Part shown: piece by piece, positions 35,951-47,431 of the stretch
Layout of the letters: each line of letters starts with the position of its first letter
How positions within the stretch are numbered: the first letter of the stretch is position 1
Origin: Nitrospirota bacterium
GTDB lineage: Bacteria; Nitrospirota; Nitrospiria; 2-01-FULL-66-17
Direction: 5' to 3'
Assembly (NCBI GenBank): GCA_049325335.1
Contig: JBMOMC010000007.1
Span: 32,001-96,000 of the forward strand
Length of the DNA stretch: 64,000 nt
The notes under the pieces: model-generated
Database searches by the model: none
Told to the model about the DNA's origin: nothing
The model's input: the letters and a program-made list of their open reading frames with translations, nothing else
Position numbers and translations under genes: made by a program

Positions 35951-36621
35951 CGTTGGATCAACGCCTCCCGCCCGATGTGTTCATTCACGCCGTCGCTCAA
36001 GTATCCGGCAATACGCTGATAGTCTTCCCGCGTATCGATGGTGAGTCGCAACTGCTTCCACGTATGATCGGGGCATACGTCCAGCTTCGCGATGCGAAAA
36101 CGCGACGGATGCTCCAAGATGAATTCATTGACGTGTTCACGATGATGCGCGGCACGTCCGTCGCGCCACGAGACTTCGAGCGCCCCAAAACTGAAGATTT
36201 CCGCGCCCATGCCGACGGGCAGTTCGCCGAAGTTATGCGAATAATCCGCCCCCGAGACAAGGTGCAGATCGACGAGCTGCCGCAAGGCCTCGATGTCCGG
36301 ACACGGATTATCTCCGGTCAAACGGATCACGTGCGCAAAACGGTGCGCTCGTGCGCACTGATAGTACCGATCCAGCACGTCGTGCTCGCTGCCGCGGAAA
36401 CACGCGACGTCGATGCGTTCGCACTCGCGGACGATGGCGTCATCCTGCACCTGATGACTCGTGGCGACCACCAAGGGCCGTGGCAGCTCGCGCAGCCGCG
36501 TGACGATCCACCCCAGCAAGGTCGTGCCCCCCAGCGGCATCAGGACTTTGCCGGGCAGCCTGGTCGAGCCCATGCGGGCTTGCACCACCATGCCGACCCG
36601 CGTATCAGTGGTCTCACGCAT
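35932..36621 (-). CDS. SpsF-like cytidylyltransferase (CMP-nonulosonate synthetase-like)
   Basis: QARMGSTRLPGKVL, RGSEHDVLDRY, RLTGDNP, REHV, RLTIDT. Confidence 0.88.
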   Translation of the reverse strand: MRETTDTRVGMVVQARMGSTRLPGKVLMPLGGTTLLGWIVTRLRELPRPLVVATSHQVQDDAIVRECERIDVACFRGSEHDVLDRYYQCARAHRFAHVIRLTGDNPCPDIEALRQLVDLHLVSGADYSHNFGELPVGMGAEIFSFGALEVSWRDGRAAHHREHVNEFILEHPSRFRIAKLDVCPDHTWKQLRLTIDTREDYQRIAGYLSDGVNEHIGREALIQRCSSCA

Positions 36622-37378
36622 GGAGCGTTGACCGCACTACGTCCGCGGCCCCGCGGCCGCAATTAAACAGCACGTCGAGACACGACAACATCGGCTCGAA
36701 GTCTCCGTGCAACTGCGGATAAATCGGGTGTGCAAATTCCTGCCAGATGACCCGTATGCCCGCCATCCGAAACATGTCCTCATCCAAATAATCCCGAGAA
36801 CCGGAGCCCGTCAGATACACGCTCCCCTGTTTGGCCTGCACCAGCGCCAACAAACGAGCGCTGCTCGCGGCCTCAATCCCGTATTCAGACGAATTGGATA
36901 TGGGGATCTCGATCTCAAAATACTCCATCGCCAGATCAAGCAGCGCGCGATTGAAGTCGATCAGGCGGCGATACCCGCCGCGGTAAACGGCTTCGACCTT
37001 CGGAAACACCTCGGCAAAATACGGCGCCTGACGATAACAGTCGCGCAGTAGATTCAGATTGTCGTCAATCCATTTGGGATCATCGGACAACTCCACGTCG
37101 CAGATCCGCTGGTGATAGTCGCCCTTGCGCACCGACAGGGTGAGCCATATCGGACCACGTCGCCCTTTAATGCGATCTCGATGTTGCCAGCCGCGACGGA
37201 TGAACTGCACGTCATCCAACAGAATAAAGTGCTGCGACAGCAGCAGACGCTGAAAGAATCCCAGGTACGGGACGAAATCGGGCTGATGAATGCAAATCGT
37301 GAGGGAGGGCACGGTGGGGGGACGCCGCGTCATGCCGAGGGATGAGCGGCGGCTCATGACCACTAAAACATTTCCCAT
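36614..37378 (-). CDS. WbqC-family protein; start uncertain
   Basis: IHQPDFVPYLGFF, DDVQF..WQHRDRI, YLTGSGSRDYL, YPQL, LSCLDVLFNCG. Confidence 0.88.
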   Translation of the reverse strand: MGNVLVVMSRRSSLGMTRRPPTVPSLTICIHQPDFVPYLGFFQRLLLSQHFILLDDVQFIRRGWQHRDRIKGRRGPIWLTLSVRKGDYHQRICDVELSDDPKWIDDNLNLLRDCYRQAPYFAEVFPKVEAVYRGGYRRLIDFNRALLDLAMEYFEIEIPISNSSEYGIEAASSARLLALVQAKQGSVYLTGSGSRDYLDEDMFRMAGIRVIWQEFAHPIYPQLHGDFEPMLSCLDVLFNCGRGAADVVRSTLHA

Positions 37379-38394
37379 CGGATCAACGTCCCGGCCGGGA
37401 TGAACGACTTCGCAATCCGCCCGACCACCATGGGTAGATACCGCGGTTCGATGCCGTCCGACGGACGACGCACGGCAATGTGGCGCTCGGTCAGCACGGT
37501 CCCCGCGGAAATATCCGACGCCGCGAACAACGACTTGCGCGCCGCCTGTCGCCAGCGCTGTTCAGTGGGGAGAATCCGTTTCACGCCATCGCCGAGCGCC
37601 GGGCCGACGAGTTTGACTCGCTCCACCAATCGGCTGAACTGGATCGGATCCAGCGACGCTTCGTGATCCGGAAGCTTGAGGGCATGATCGAGCGTAAAGT
37701 GTTTTTCGATGACCACCGCGCCCATTTGGGTCGCCAGCACGCTGGTCAACTCGTCCGGGGTATGGTCGGACAGACCGACCGGCAACCCGAACGCTTTTTG
37801 TAAGGTTTCGATCACGCGCAGGTTGGCGTCCTCGGGACGCGAGGGGTACGACACCACGCAGTGCAAGAGCACCAATTCCCGGTTTCCCGTCCCCAACACG
37901 GTTTCCACGGCCGCCTCAACCTCGCCCAACGAGCACATCCCGGTGGAGACTAGCATCGGTTTGCCGGTTTCGGCGATTGCGCGAAGGAACGGCAGGTTGG
38001 TCAAATCGTCGGACCCCGTTTTGTAAAACGGCAGATCGTATTTGCCCAGCAACGTCAAGTCATCGACATGGCTTGGGGTGGACAGCCACCGGATGCCGAG
38101 CTCCTTGCACAAGGCGTCCAGCCCATCGTGATCAGCTTCGCTGAGCTCATAGGCTTTGAAGAAGTCGACCTGGGAGATGCGTCGCCCGTCGTCGAACGTA
38201 AAGTAGCTGCCAGGCGTGGCGATGGTATCGGCGCGGTATGTCTGAAACTTGACCATATCGGCACGACATTGGGTCGCGGCCCGAACCATCCGTTTCACCA
38301 CCTCGATGCCGCCGTAGTTCGCGCCGATTTCGGCGATGATCAACGGATGACCGCGCATGCGGCACTCTTCGAGCATTCGAGAACTAGTGGACAC
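37363..38394 (-). CDS. NeuB/PseI/LegI-family nonulosonic acid synthase with SAF domain
   Basis: IIAEIGAN, VKFQT, STGM, LLHCVVSYP, GLSDHT, IEKHFTLD, DHEASL. Confidence 0.93.
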   Translation of the reverse strand: MSTSSRMLEECRMRGHPLIIAEIGANYGGIEVVKRMVRAATQCRADMVKFQTYRADTIATPGSYFTFDDGRRISQVDFFKAYELSEADHDGLDALCKELGIRWLSTPSHVDDLTLLGKYDLPFYKTGSDDLTNLPFLRAIAETGKPMLVSTGMCSLGEVEAAVETVLGTGNRELVLLHCVVSYPSRPEDANLRVIETLQKAFGLPVGLSDHTPDELTSVLATQMGAVVIEKHFTLDHALKLPDHEASLDPIQFSRLVERVKLVGPALGDGVKRILPTEQRWRQAARKSLFAASDISAGTVLTERHIAVRRPSDGIEPRYLPMVVGRIAKSFIPAGTLIRWEMF

Positions 38395-39091
38395 GGCCGA
38401 GGTCCTCGTGCCAGCGATGCATCACCACGTCGCCGCCTTCCACCTGAAAGTGATGCCGCGCATAAAAATTGAATCCCCGCACGTTACTCGCCATTACGTT
38501 GGTCGCGACGCCCACGCCGCGATCTCGCGCCAGCGCCGCCGCATGATCGAGCAAGACGCCGCCGAGCCCAACCCCCTGCTGCGCCGGATGTACGGCGACC
38601 ATAAACAGATTGAGACGGGCCGGGGCCGTCAGACAGGACACAAATCCCGCCAGACGATTGTCCGCATCGATCGCACAAATCACCGTATCGGCGAACGACG
38701 CGCAGTGTTCGTAAATTAGCCGATCCCAAAAGTCCTTCGACAATCGATGACGGCACGTGGGATCCAACATCAAGCGGCTCTCCTCGATGTGGAAACCACG
38801 AATGTGAAAGTCCGGCTCGCACCGACTGACGCGACGAACCCGCCATCGCGTGTCGTCAGCCCCCATCGACTCGCGGGGATCAGCCGCCAGACGGAGATCG
38901 AGCCCGATGTACCGAAACCCGAACGTTTCCAGCCGCGCGACGATCTCCCGGCGTTCCTGCGGAACGCGCGCGAGCACCAATGCATACGTCCCGAACTCTC
39001 GATCCGTCAAATCGGGCGGATAGTCCCGCAACCGACCGACCGGCAATCCCAGTTGTCGGCTGTCCCACTCCATGGGTTGAATTACAGACAT
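38384..39091 (-). CDS. GNAT N-acyltransferase (WecD-like)
   Basis: MEWDS..LG, VAVHPAQQGVGLGG, N..GFNFYARHHF. ATG 39091. Confidence 0.8.
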   Translation of the reverse strand: MSVIQPMEWDSRQLGLPVGRLRDYPPDLTDREFGTYALVLARVPQERREIVARLETFGFRYIGLDLRLAADPRESMGADDTRWRVRRVSRCEPDFHIRGFHIEESRLMLDPTCRHRLSKDFWDRLIYEHCASFADTVICAIDADNRLAGFVSCLTAPARLNLFMVAVHPAQQGVGLGGVLLDHAAALARDRGVGVATNVMASNVRGFNFYARHHFQVEGGDVVMHRWHEDLGRVH

Positions 39092-40212
39092 GCCTGTAAT
39101 CCATCCACCACCATGTCCATCTGTGCGTCGGATAACGAGGGGAACAGCGGCAAGGTCAGCAGCGATGCGGCGGCTCGGTCCGTAACCGGCACGTCCGCGG
39201 ACACACCCCGATAGGACGAAAACGTGTGGATCGGCCGGTAGTGCATACTGCACTGAATGCCTCGTTCCGCCATGCCGCGCAGGGTGTTGTTGCGCATCGT
39301 TTCGTCACCCGGCAACAACACCGGAAAGATGTGGCAACTCGATTCGGCCGTTCGACCTGAAAATGGCACGCGCACTTCGGGCAACCTTTCAGCAATGACT
39401 CGCTGGTACCGGGCGACACGCTCCTTTCGCTGCGCATTGATGCGAGGCAATTTGCACAACTGCGCGATACCGATCGCCGCACGGAGCTCATCCAGGCGAT
39501 AGTTAAACCCGAGTTCCGCCACGTCATAACCGTACGCGTGCCCCTTAAAGCGCTGATACGTTGACGCGGTGATACCGTGGGAACGCAGGATACGCAACCG
39601 GTCGGCCAGATTCTGATTTCGGGTGAGCACCATGCCGCCTTCGCCGGTGGTCATGTTTTTGTTGCTGAAAAAGCTGAAACAGCCGCTCTCACCGAAGGTC
39701 CCCAGGAGCCGTCCCTTCCAGGCACTCAGCGGCGCGTGCGAGCAATCCTCAACCAGCGCAATACCGCGCTGTTTCGACAAGGCGACCAGCCGATCCATAT
39801 CACACGCGTACCCCGCGTAGTGCACGACCATGACGGCACGAGTGCGCGCGGTGATCTTGGCCGCCACGTCGGAGGGAGACACGTTCAAGTCGGTCTCGCT
39901 GTTCACGTCCGCGAATACCGGTGTCGCCCCGACGTAGCGTATGGCATTGGCGCACGCGACAAAGGTCAGCGAGGGCACGATCACTTCGTCGCCGGGCCCG
40001 ACGCCCAGGGCCAGGAGAGACAGATGCAGGGCCGCCGTACCGCTGGAGACGGCGACCGCCTGATCCTCCCCGCCAAAGGCCGCGGCAAAGGCCGACTCGA
40101 ACTCCCCGATCATTGGACCGGTTGTTAACCAGTTGGACGCAAGCACGTCGAGGACCGCCTGCTTTTCCTCATTGCCGAGGACCAGATCAAAAAACGGGAC
40201 TTTCCAGTTCAT
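39082..40212 (-). CDS. DegT/DnrJ sugar aminotransferase (LegC/PseC/ArnB-like)
   Basis: WLTTGP, SSGTAALHL, EDCSHA, FSFFSNKNMTTGEGG, GFNYRL. Confidence 0.92.
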   Translation of the reverse strand: MNWKVPFFDLVLGNEEKQAVLDVLASNWLTTGPMIGEFESAFAAAFGGEDQAVAVSSGTAALHLSLLALGVGPGDEVIVPSLTFVACANAIRYVGATPVFADVNSETDLNVSPSDVAAKITARTRAVMVVHYAGYACDMDRLVALSKQRGIALVEDCSHAPLSAWKGRLLGTFGESGCFSFFSNKNMTTGEGGMVLTRNQNLADRLRILRSHGITASTYQRFKGHAYGYDVAELGFNYRLDELRAAIGIAQLCKLPRINAQRKERVARYQRVIAERLPEVRVPFSGRTAESSCHIFPVLLPGDETMRNNTLRGMAERGIQCSMHYRPIHTFSSYRGVSADVPVTDRAAASLLTLPLFPSLSDAQMDMVVDGLQACL

Positions 40213-41339
40213 ACTTTGAGTTCCCGTCGTTTAAATCGGTCCGGGGTATTCAGTTCGACGACCTTCTGGGTTCCCGAAACGTATTTCTCGGCCGCCACCG
40301 TCCGCTCACCCACGGTCACATCCGCTTCATAGGTCTTGAGCGGGAGATAACACTCGGCGCACGCACTCAGTTCATCGGCGCCGGCACAGCGCCGATGAAT
40401 CTCGCGCACGCGGGTCATCTCCGGGCCGTGCCAGATGGCATGAATGCTCTGTTGGTTGGCGTCTCCGACGATGACCTTGCCCTCCTCGTCGTTGGAGCAC
40501 ATCATGCATAAACCGTCGGCCCCCACGACCAACCGTTGGTAGATTTGCGGACACGAGAAGTTCTCGATCTTCGGCATCTCGCGCTTGCTCTGCATGAAGT
40601 CGATCAGGGGATTGGCGCTCACCATATCGGTGATCGGGGCGAAAACGTCGTAAAAGGCCTGCGGGTCCCGTTCGATGGCGGGCAAAATGCTCTGCACCTT
40701 GATCACGGGTTTGACGCGCCCGGCCTGTTGCTTGATCTTGGCGTAGTTGGCGATCTTCTCAACCGCTCGCGCATACTTGGCCGGGCGCCGAATCTGCTCG
40801 TAAGTTTCGCCGAGTCCGTCAAAGGAAATCGTAATCCAGTCTATTCCGGCGTCCATGATTTCACGGAACATGTCTTCGTCCAGACGCAACCCGTTGGTGA
40901 GGGTTGAGACCTCCTTAATCCCTTTCTGCTTGGCATATCTCACGCACTCCACCATATTTTTGTGGAGAAATGATTCCCCCCGAAAACTCAGGCGAACGGA
41001 ATACACTCCTCCGGCCGCGCATTCGTCCACGACCTTCGTGAACAGATCATAGTCCATGAGTTTCGCGTTCACCTTTTCCTTAAATTCCGGAGAAATCGTG
41101 TAACACATGGGACACTGGAGGTTACAGACGGACGCCAATTCGATGTCCACGTGCAGCGGATACTCCGAGACATGTTGGGTCTTGGCGTATTCGGTCCAGA
41201 GTCTCCGGTTTTCCCGATAATCCTCCTCGACCCCAAACCCGCGGTTCGTTTCAAACCGCGCGATTCGATCCGACGTCTCCAGCGTAAACTGTCCTTTGTT
41301 GATCGGAATGATCGGCAGACGTTGATCGGCCATGGTCAC
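40209..41339 (-). CDS. Radical SAM protein with SPASM/twitch domain
   Basis: CNLQCPMC (CxxxCxxC), RGE, TNG, and C-terminal CPQIY..ADG.CMMC..IW..CAEC. Confidence 0.92.
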   Translation of the reverse strand: MTMADQRLPIIPINKGQFTLETSDRIARFETNRGFGVEEDYRENRRLWTEYAKTQHVSEYPLHVDIELASVCNLQCPMCYTISPEFKEKVNAKLMDYDLFTKVVDECAAGGVYSVRLSFRGESFLHKNMVECVRYAKQKGIKEVSTLTNGLRLDEDMFREIMDAGIDWITISFDGLGETYEQIRRPAKYARAVEKIANYAKIKQQAGRVKPVIKVQSILPAIERDPQAFYDVFAPITDMVSANPLIDFMQSKREMPKIENFSCPQIYQRLVVGADGLCMMCSNDEEGKVIVGDANQQSIHAIWHGPEMTRVREIHRRCAGADELSACAECYLPLKTYEADVTVGERTVAAEKYVSGTQKVVELNTPDRFKRRELKV

Positions 41340-42052
41340 TACCTCCTCAGAAAGGTCTCGCTACTCTTCTCGAAGATATCGATGGCGGCGATATAGTCAT
41401 CCGGCCGGCCGATGTCGAGCCAGTACCCATGATGGGGGCGAACGATCGCGGGCTCCTTGGCCGCGATGAGATCCAGCATCAACGAGTCGAACCCGTAACT
41501 GGTGTCACTGGGAATCAAGTCCAACACCCGTGTGTTGACGCAATAGACTCCCATACTCACTTCGCAGCGGATCTTGGGTTTTTCATCGAACTGGCACACC
41601 CTGCCATCCGGATCGGTTCTGAGTACACCGTAGTCGATGGCCTCTTCACGAACGTACGACGAGATCGTAAAAATATTCTTCTGTTTCGTGTGGAACTCAA
41701 AAAACTCGGCGAAATCCAGATCCGTCAACACGTCCCCGTTCATCACCAAGAAATCTTCCGGAAGACTCTTAATGAGTTTTAACGGACCCATGGTGCTCAA
41801 CGGCCTATTTTCGAGGGAGTAGTCGATGTTGATGCCCCACCGCGTCCCGTCATGAAAAAACGCTTTGATGATTTCAGCCTGGTGGTTCACGGCCATGGTG
41901 ATGTGGTCGAATCCATCGGCGGCCAACTGCCTGACGATCACTTCGAGGATCGGGAAATCCCCGATCGGCATCAGCGGCTTCGGCAGGACCACCGTGTACG
42001 GCTTCAGGCGGGTTCCCTTTCCGCCGGCCAAGATGACCGCTCGTTTAGACAT
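41339..42052 (-). CDS. Sugar-1-phosphate nucleotidyltransferase (guanylyltransferase-like)
   Basis: ILAGGKGTRLKPYT..PKPL, VMNGDVLTD, WLDIGRPDDY. Confidence 0.9.
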   Translation of the reverse strand: MSKRAVILAGGKGTRLKPYTVVLPKPLMPIGDFPILEVIVRQLAADGFDHITMAVNHQAEIIKAFFHDGTRWGINIDYSLENRPLSTMGPLKLIKSLPEDFLVMNGDVLTDLDFAEFFEFHTKQKNIFTISSYVREEAIDYGVLRTDPDGRVCQFDEKPKIRCEVSMGVYCVNTRVLDLIPSDTSYGFDSLMLDLIAAKEPAIVRPHHGYWLDIGRPDDYIAAIDIFEKSSETFLRR

Positions 42053-43040
42053 TGTAGATATCCGTCTTGTACCGTGCCAGGTTCTTGCCGTCGCTGAACC
42101 ATTCGATCGTCCTCTTCAAGCCGTCCCGAAGATCGATGGTCGGTCGAAAGCCGGTCAGCTTGTAGAGCTTCGAGTGATCGCAAACGAGCCGCTCGACCTC
42201 GCTGCGCTCCGGACGGATTCGCGCCGATTCGCTGTCAACTGTCACATCGGCCCGCCCTATGAGGTCCTTGATCAAGGTCACCGTCTCACCGATCGAGATC
42301 TCCGCGTGTGAACCGATGTTGACGGCCACGCCCACCGCCTCATCGGACTCGGCCAAGGCGACCAACCCCCGGCACGTATCTTCCACATAGGTGAAATCAC
42401 GGGTCGGATGCAGGCTCCCCAACTTGATCCGTCGTATTCCGGAGAGAATCTGCGTGATCACGGTCGGAATAACCGCCCGGGCGGACTGCCGAGGGCCGTA
42501 GGTGTTAAACGGCCGCGCGATGGTGACCGGCAACTGAAAGGCGTGAAAAAAACTCAACGCCAGGGCGTCCGCGGAAATCTTGCTCGCGCTGTACGGCGAT
42601 TGCGGCTGCAACGGATGGTTTTCGTCGATCGGCACGTACCGTGCCGTGCCGTACACCTCGCTCGTCGACGTGTGAACCACGCGATCCACGCCGTTTTCCA
42701 GTGCGGCCTGCACCACGTTGACGGTTCCGGTGATATTCGTCTGAACGTAGCTATCCGGTGCACTATAGGAATACGGGATGGCGATCAGGGCGGCTAAGTG
42801 GAAAATCACATCAATATCCTGAGAGATTTTTTTCAGCAGGTGGGCGTCCCGGATATCGCCGACGACCACGTCGATGTCGTTCCGGCACCCGATCTCTTCC
42901 AGCCACCCCCACGTGTTGAACGAGTTATAGAGACTCAGGGCGCGAACGGATGCGCCGCGTCGGACGAGCATCTCCGCAAGGTGGGAGCCGATGAATCCGT
43001 CGGCCCCCGTGATCATCACTTTTTTCCCGGAAAGATTCAT
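42045..43040 (-). CDS. legB: NAD-dependent 4,6-dehydratase, LegB-like
   Basis: TGADGFIGSHL, YNSFN.WGWL, LAALIAIPYSY, TSTSEVYG, PQSARAVIPT, RIRPERSEVERL. Confidence 0.85.
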   Translation of the reverse strand: MNLSGKKVMITGADGFIGSHLAEMLVRRGASVRALSLYNSFNTWGWLEEIGCRNDIDVVVGDIRDAHLLKKISQDIDVIFHLAALIAIPYSYSAPDSYVQTNITGTVNVVQAALENGVDRVVHTSTSEVYGTARYVPIDENHPLQPQSPYSASKISADALALSFFHAFQLPVTIARPFNTYGPRQSARAVIPTVITQILSGIRRIKLGSLHPTRDFTYVEDTCRGLVALAESDEAVGVAVNIGSHAEISIGETVTLIKDLIGRADVTVDSESARIRPERSEVERLVCDHSKLYKLTGFRPTIDLRDGLKRTIEWFSDGKNLARYKTDIYNV

Positions 43041-43141
43041 CGCTCGCTCGCCGTCCGTGAGACGTCCCGCCCGACATCACGCCGCCGGTATCCGCCGCCC
43101 GCCGCATACACACAGGCTTCCCGAAGGCTTCCGTCCACCAC

Positions 43142-44110
43142 CTACTGTGCCCTCACCCGTTCACAGCCCCGCAATACTCCCGACACCCCCGCGCTCCCGA
43201 ACCATGCGTAGGTCCGCTCAACGCCTTCCCGCAACCTCGTGTGCGCCTTCCATCCCATCGCGTGCAGACGGGATACGTCCAACAGCTTGCGGGGCGTGCC
43301 GTCCGGTTTGGTCGGATCCCAGACGATCGCCCCCTCGAACCCGACGACCGTGCCGATCAACGACGCCAAATCCCGAATCGAGATGTCCTCTCCGACCCCG
43401 ACGTTGATCGGTTCACTCGCCTCGTAATGGCGCATCAGAAACAGACACGCGTCAGCCTGGTCGTCCACGTGCAGGAACTCCCGTCTCGGATTTCCCGTCC
43501 CCCATACGACCACCTCACGTTTCCCCGCGATCGTGGCTTCATGGAACTTCCGGATCAGTGTCGGAAGGACGTGGGCCGTTTCGAAATCAAAGTTGTCGCC
43601 GGGGCCGTATAGATTCGTCGGCATCGCGGAGATGAACCGCGTCCCGTATTGACGATTGTAGGATTGACACATGACGATGCCCGCGATTTTCGCGACCGCA
43701 TACGGCGCATTGGTGGGTTCGAGCGGTCCGGTCAGTAAATACTCCTCCTTGATCGGTTGCGGGCAGTCGCGGGGGTAGATGCAGGAACTGCCCAGGAACA
43801 GCAGTTTCCGCACGCCGTGGCGATAACTTTCGTGAATGACGTTGGTTTGGATCGACAGGTCGTCGTAGATGAACTCCGCCGGTGCGGTGTAATTGGCCCA
43901 GATCCCGCCCACCTTCGCGGCGGCAAGGAACACGTAGTCGGGGCGTTCGGCGTCGAACAAAGCGCGGACCGCTGCCCCGTCCCGCAGATCGAGCTCCTGC
44001 GAGGTCCGCACCACCAATCGCCGGTAGCCCTCGGCTTGCAGCCGCCGCACAATGGCCGATCCCACCATGCCGCGGTGGCCGGCGACGTAAATTTTGGCGT
44101 CTCGCTCCAT
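43142..44110 (-). CDS. fcl: GDP-L-fucose synthase
   Basis: [60 protein letters not shown]. Confidence 0.96.
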   Translation of the reverse strand: MERDAKIYVAGHRGMVGSAIVRRLQAEGYRRLVVRTSQELDLRDGAAVRALFDAERPDYVFLAAAKVGGIWANYTAPAEFIYDDLSIQTNVIHESYRHGVRKLLFLGSSCIYPRDCPQPIKEEYLLTGPLEPTNAPYAVAKIAGIVMCQSYNRQYGTRFISAMPTNLYGPGDNFDFETAHVLPTLIRKFHEATIAGKREVVVWGTGNPRREFLHVDDQADACLFLMRHYEASEPINVGVGEDISIRDLASLIGTVVGFEGAIVWDPTKPDGTPRKLLDVSRLHAMGWKAHTRLREGVERTYAWFGSAGVSGVLRGCERVRAQ

Positions 44111-44115
44111 ACGGG

Positions 44116-45238
<1,123 letters not shown>

Positions 45239-45284
45239 ACCGAGCCATGCGTTCGCACACCATAACGACGGGCACTGCATGCCG

Positions 45285-46067
45285 CTAGAGCGCCGTCCGT
45301 CGAAACGCCAGGAGTTTGTATCCGGTGACGAAACAGGCGGCGCGAAGCCGTTTCACAAACAACGTCCACCGCCGTGTCGGCGCATGGTGTTGGGCCGCGA
45401 GATAATTCTCGTCAAACTGACGTTCATAGTTCGCCCCACTTTTGCTGGTGTCATACCAACGAAAACACGCCAGGCGATCCGGCAGGTACAATGGATCGCT
45501 GACTTTGCCGAATCGCAACCACAATTCGTAGTCAAACGCCAGAGGAAACCGGGGATCGAGCAGGCCGACCCCGTCAAAAAGCGACCGGCGCCAGAACACG
45601 GTCATCTGGCTGATAAAGTTCTCCCGGAGCAACCGCGAATACGAATACCGCGCGGCGCACCAATGTTTGTAGGCGCTGACCACGTGCCGGATGACGCGAT
45701 CGTGCTCGTCGATGATATCGCAACGTCCGTGCAACCACTGGAGGTTGTGATCGCGGTCAAACGCGTCTTTCACCCGCGCCAACGCGCCGGGCCGCAGCAG
45801 ATCGTCGCTGTTGACCCAACCCACGATGTCGCCGGTGGCGAGCCGGAAGCCTCGGTTGATCGCGTCGATCTGGCCGTGATCGCGCGCGCTGCTCCAGCGG
45901 ATGCGGCCGTCGTATGTGCGGAGAATCTCGAGGGTCTCGTCGGTGCTTCCGCCGTCGAGCACCAAATACTCCAACTCAAAATCGCCACGCTGGCCGAGGA
46001 TGCTCTCGATCGTGCGTTCGATGAATCGCCCTTGGTTGAACGAGGGAGTGATGATCGAAATCTTCAC
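45285..46067 (-). CDS. Glycosyltransferase family 2
   Basis: KISIITPSFNQ, DGGSTD, NSDD, FDYELWLR. GTGA overlap start. Confidence 0.92.
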   Translation of the reverse strand: MKISIITPSFNQGRFIERTIESILGQRGDFELEYLVLDGGSTDETLEILRTYDGRIRWSSARDHGQIDAINRGFRLATGDIVGWVNSDDLLRPGALARVKDAFDRDHNLQWLHGRCDIIDEHDRVIRHVVSAYKHWCAARYSYSRLLRENFISQMTVFWRRSLFDGVGLLDPRFPLAFDYELWLRFGKVSDPLYLPDRLACFRWYDTSKSGANYERQFDENYLAAQHHAPTRRWTLFVKRLRAACFVTGYKLLAFRRTAL

Positions 46068-47431
46068 GGCGCGCCCTTGACCGACCGGCGCGTCGAGACG
46101 GTCGTGCACAGAATGAACGCGACCCACAACGCGGCCAACGGCGCGACATGCAGAATCAACCGGTGCAACAGCGTGTGATCGAACAAAAACTTCGTCATCG
46201 ATTCCTTGGTCACGAACAGCCACACCAGCACGGCAAAATAGATGACGACCGGCCAAGACAAAAAGATATGCTCCGCCTGAACCGTCGAGCGCAAGCGCAA
46301 TAGAAACACCACAAAGAACACCGTCCACACCAGCATCCAGTTGCCGCTCATAAACAACGATTGCCCGAACGCGGCGGCAACCGGCCAGACCCGATCAACG
46401 CTACCGGCAAGCGGGGCCAGGTTCGACACCAACGCCGTTTCGAACCCGGCGCGAGGCCGCACCGCCGCCCAGGCGGCCCATACCGCGGCGGCCGGACCCA
46501 GATACACCAGGCGCTCCTTCACCGACACCTTCATCACCGTGAGCAACAACGCATTGGCGATGATGAAGACCGGGCCATCCACTCTGGTCAACACCGCGCC
46601 CACGCCAAACAGCGCGGCCACGAACAGCCCGTGTCGACGATGCGTGCAGAGAAAGTGCGTCAGCGCCACGCTCTGCCCCAGCACAAAATACGCGAGCGGG
46701 AGGTCGGTGTACGGTTCGTGACTGTGTTGAACGGTCAGGGGGATGGCGCCGACAAACAGCGCGCCGAATACCGCGAGGCCCGGCGAAAACCGTTCCCGCA
46801 AGGCTCCGTATGCCATGAGACCCATGGCCGGGAAATATCCCCACACCGCGAGTTTGATCGCGGTTTCGCTCCAGGATCCGGAGAGCAAGACCGCCCAGAC
46901 CTGTTGCAGCGGGGGTCCCAACGGATAATCCGGGGTGTTGACGGTCCCTAAGAGATTGAGCGGAATCATGCCGGTCGCGTAAATCATCTTGGCTTTCACG
47001 GCATAGACGTACCACGCGTCCCATGCCGTGATGGGCCGAACCCAGGCTCGCAGCAGGGTCAGCAGGGTCAGCGCCGAGCCGATCCCGATGCCGACGATGC
47101 CCCCGATACCGAGTCCGGCCCAGAACGTCTCGCGCCGACCCTGCGTTCCAACCGGCGCCGTCACACGGAACGGAACGCTCGTGAACCCCGCCCATCGTCC
47201 GATCACCCACCCCACCACAGCGGACGCGACCACGGCCAGCGCAACCGAGATCAGGGAGAGCGGTAGTCCGAGAAGGCCCATGCCACCCATGACCAGCATG
47301 ACCCACACCGTGCCGATGCCGTACGCCATCCCACATCGCGCGGCGGGATGAAAGGACCCCAGCCACGGCGTGACCAGGAACCCAAGACCCCACAGGCTGA
47401 CGAGGCCGAACACCGCCATCACCGACGTCAC
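46064..47431 (-). CDS. Polytopic membrane GT-C (ArnT/PMT-like) glycosyltransferase
   Basis: More than 10 TM segments and WDAW..YAVKAK, DYPL, YTDLPLA motifs. Confidence 0.65.
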   Translation of the reverse strand: MTSVMAVFGLVSLWGLGFLVTPWLGSFHPAARCGMAYGIGTVWVMLVMGGMGLLGLPLSLISVALAVVASAVVGWVIGRWAGFTSVPFRVTAPVGTQGRRETFWAGLGIGGIVGIGIGSALTLLTLLRAWVRPITAWDAWYVYAVKAKMIYATGMIPLNLLGTVNTPDYPLGPPLQQVWAVLLSGSWSETAIKLAVWGYFPAMGLMAYGALRERFSPGLAVFGALFVGAIPLTVQHSHEPYTDLPLAYFVLGQSVALTHFLCTHRRHGLFVAALFGVGAVLTRVDGPVFIIANALLLTVMKVSVKERLVYLGPAAAVWAAWAAVRPRAGFETALVSNLAPLAGSVDRVWPVAAAFGQSLFMSGNWMLVWTVFFVVFLLRLRSTVQAEHIFLSWPVVIYFAVLVWLFVTKESMTKFLFDHTLLHRLILHVAPLAALWVAFILCTTVSTRRSVKGAP

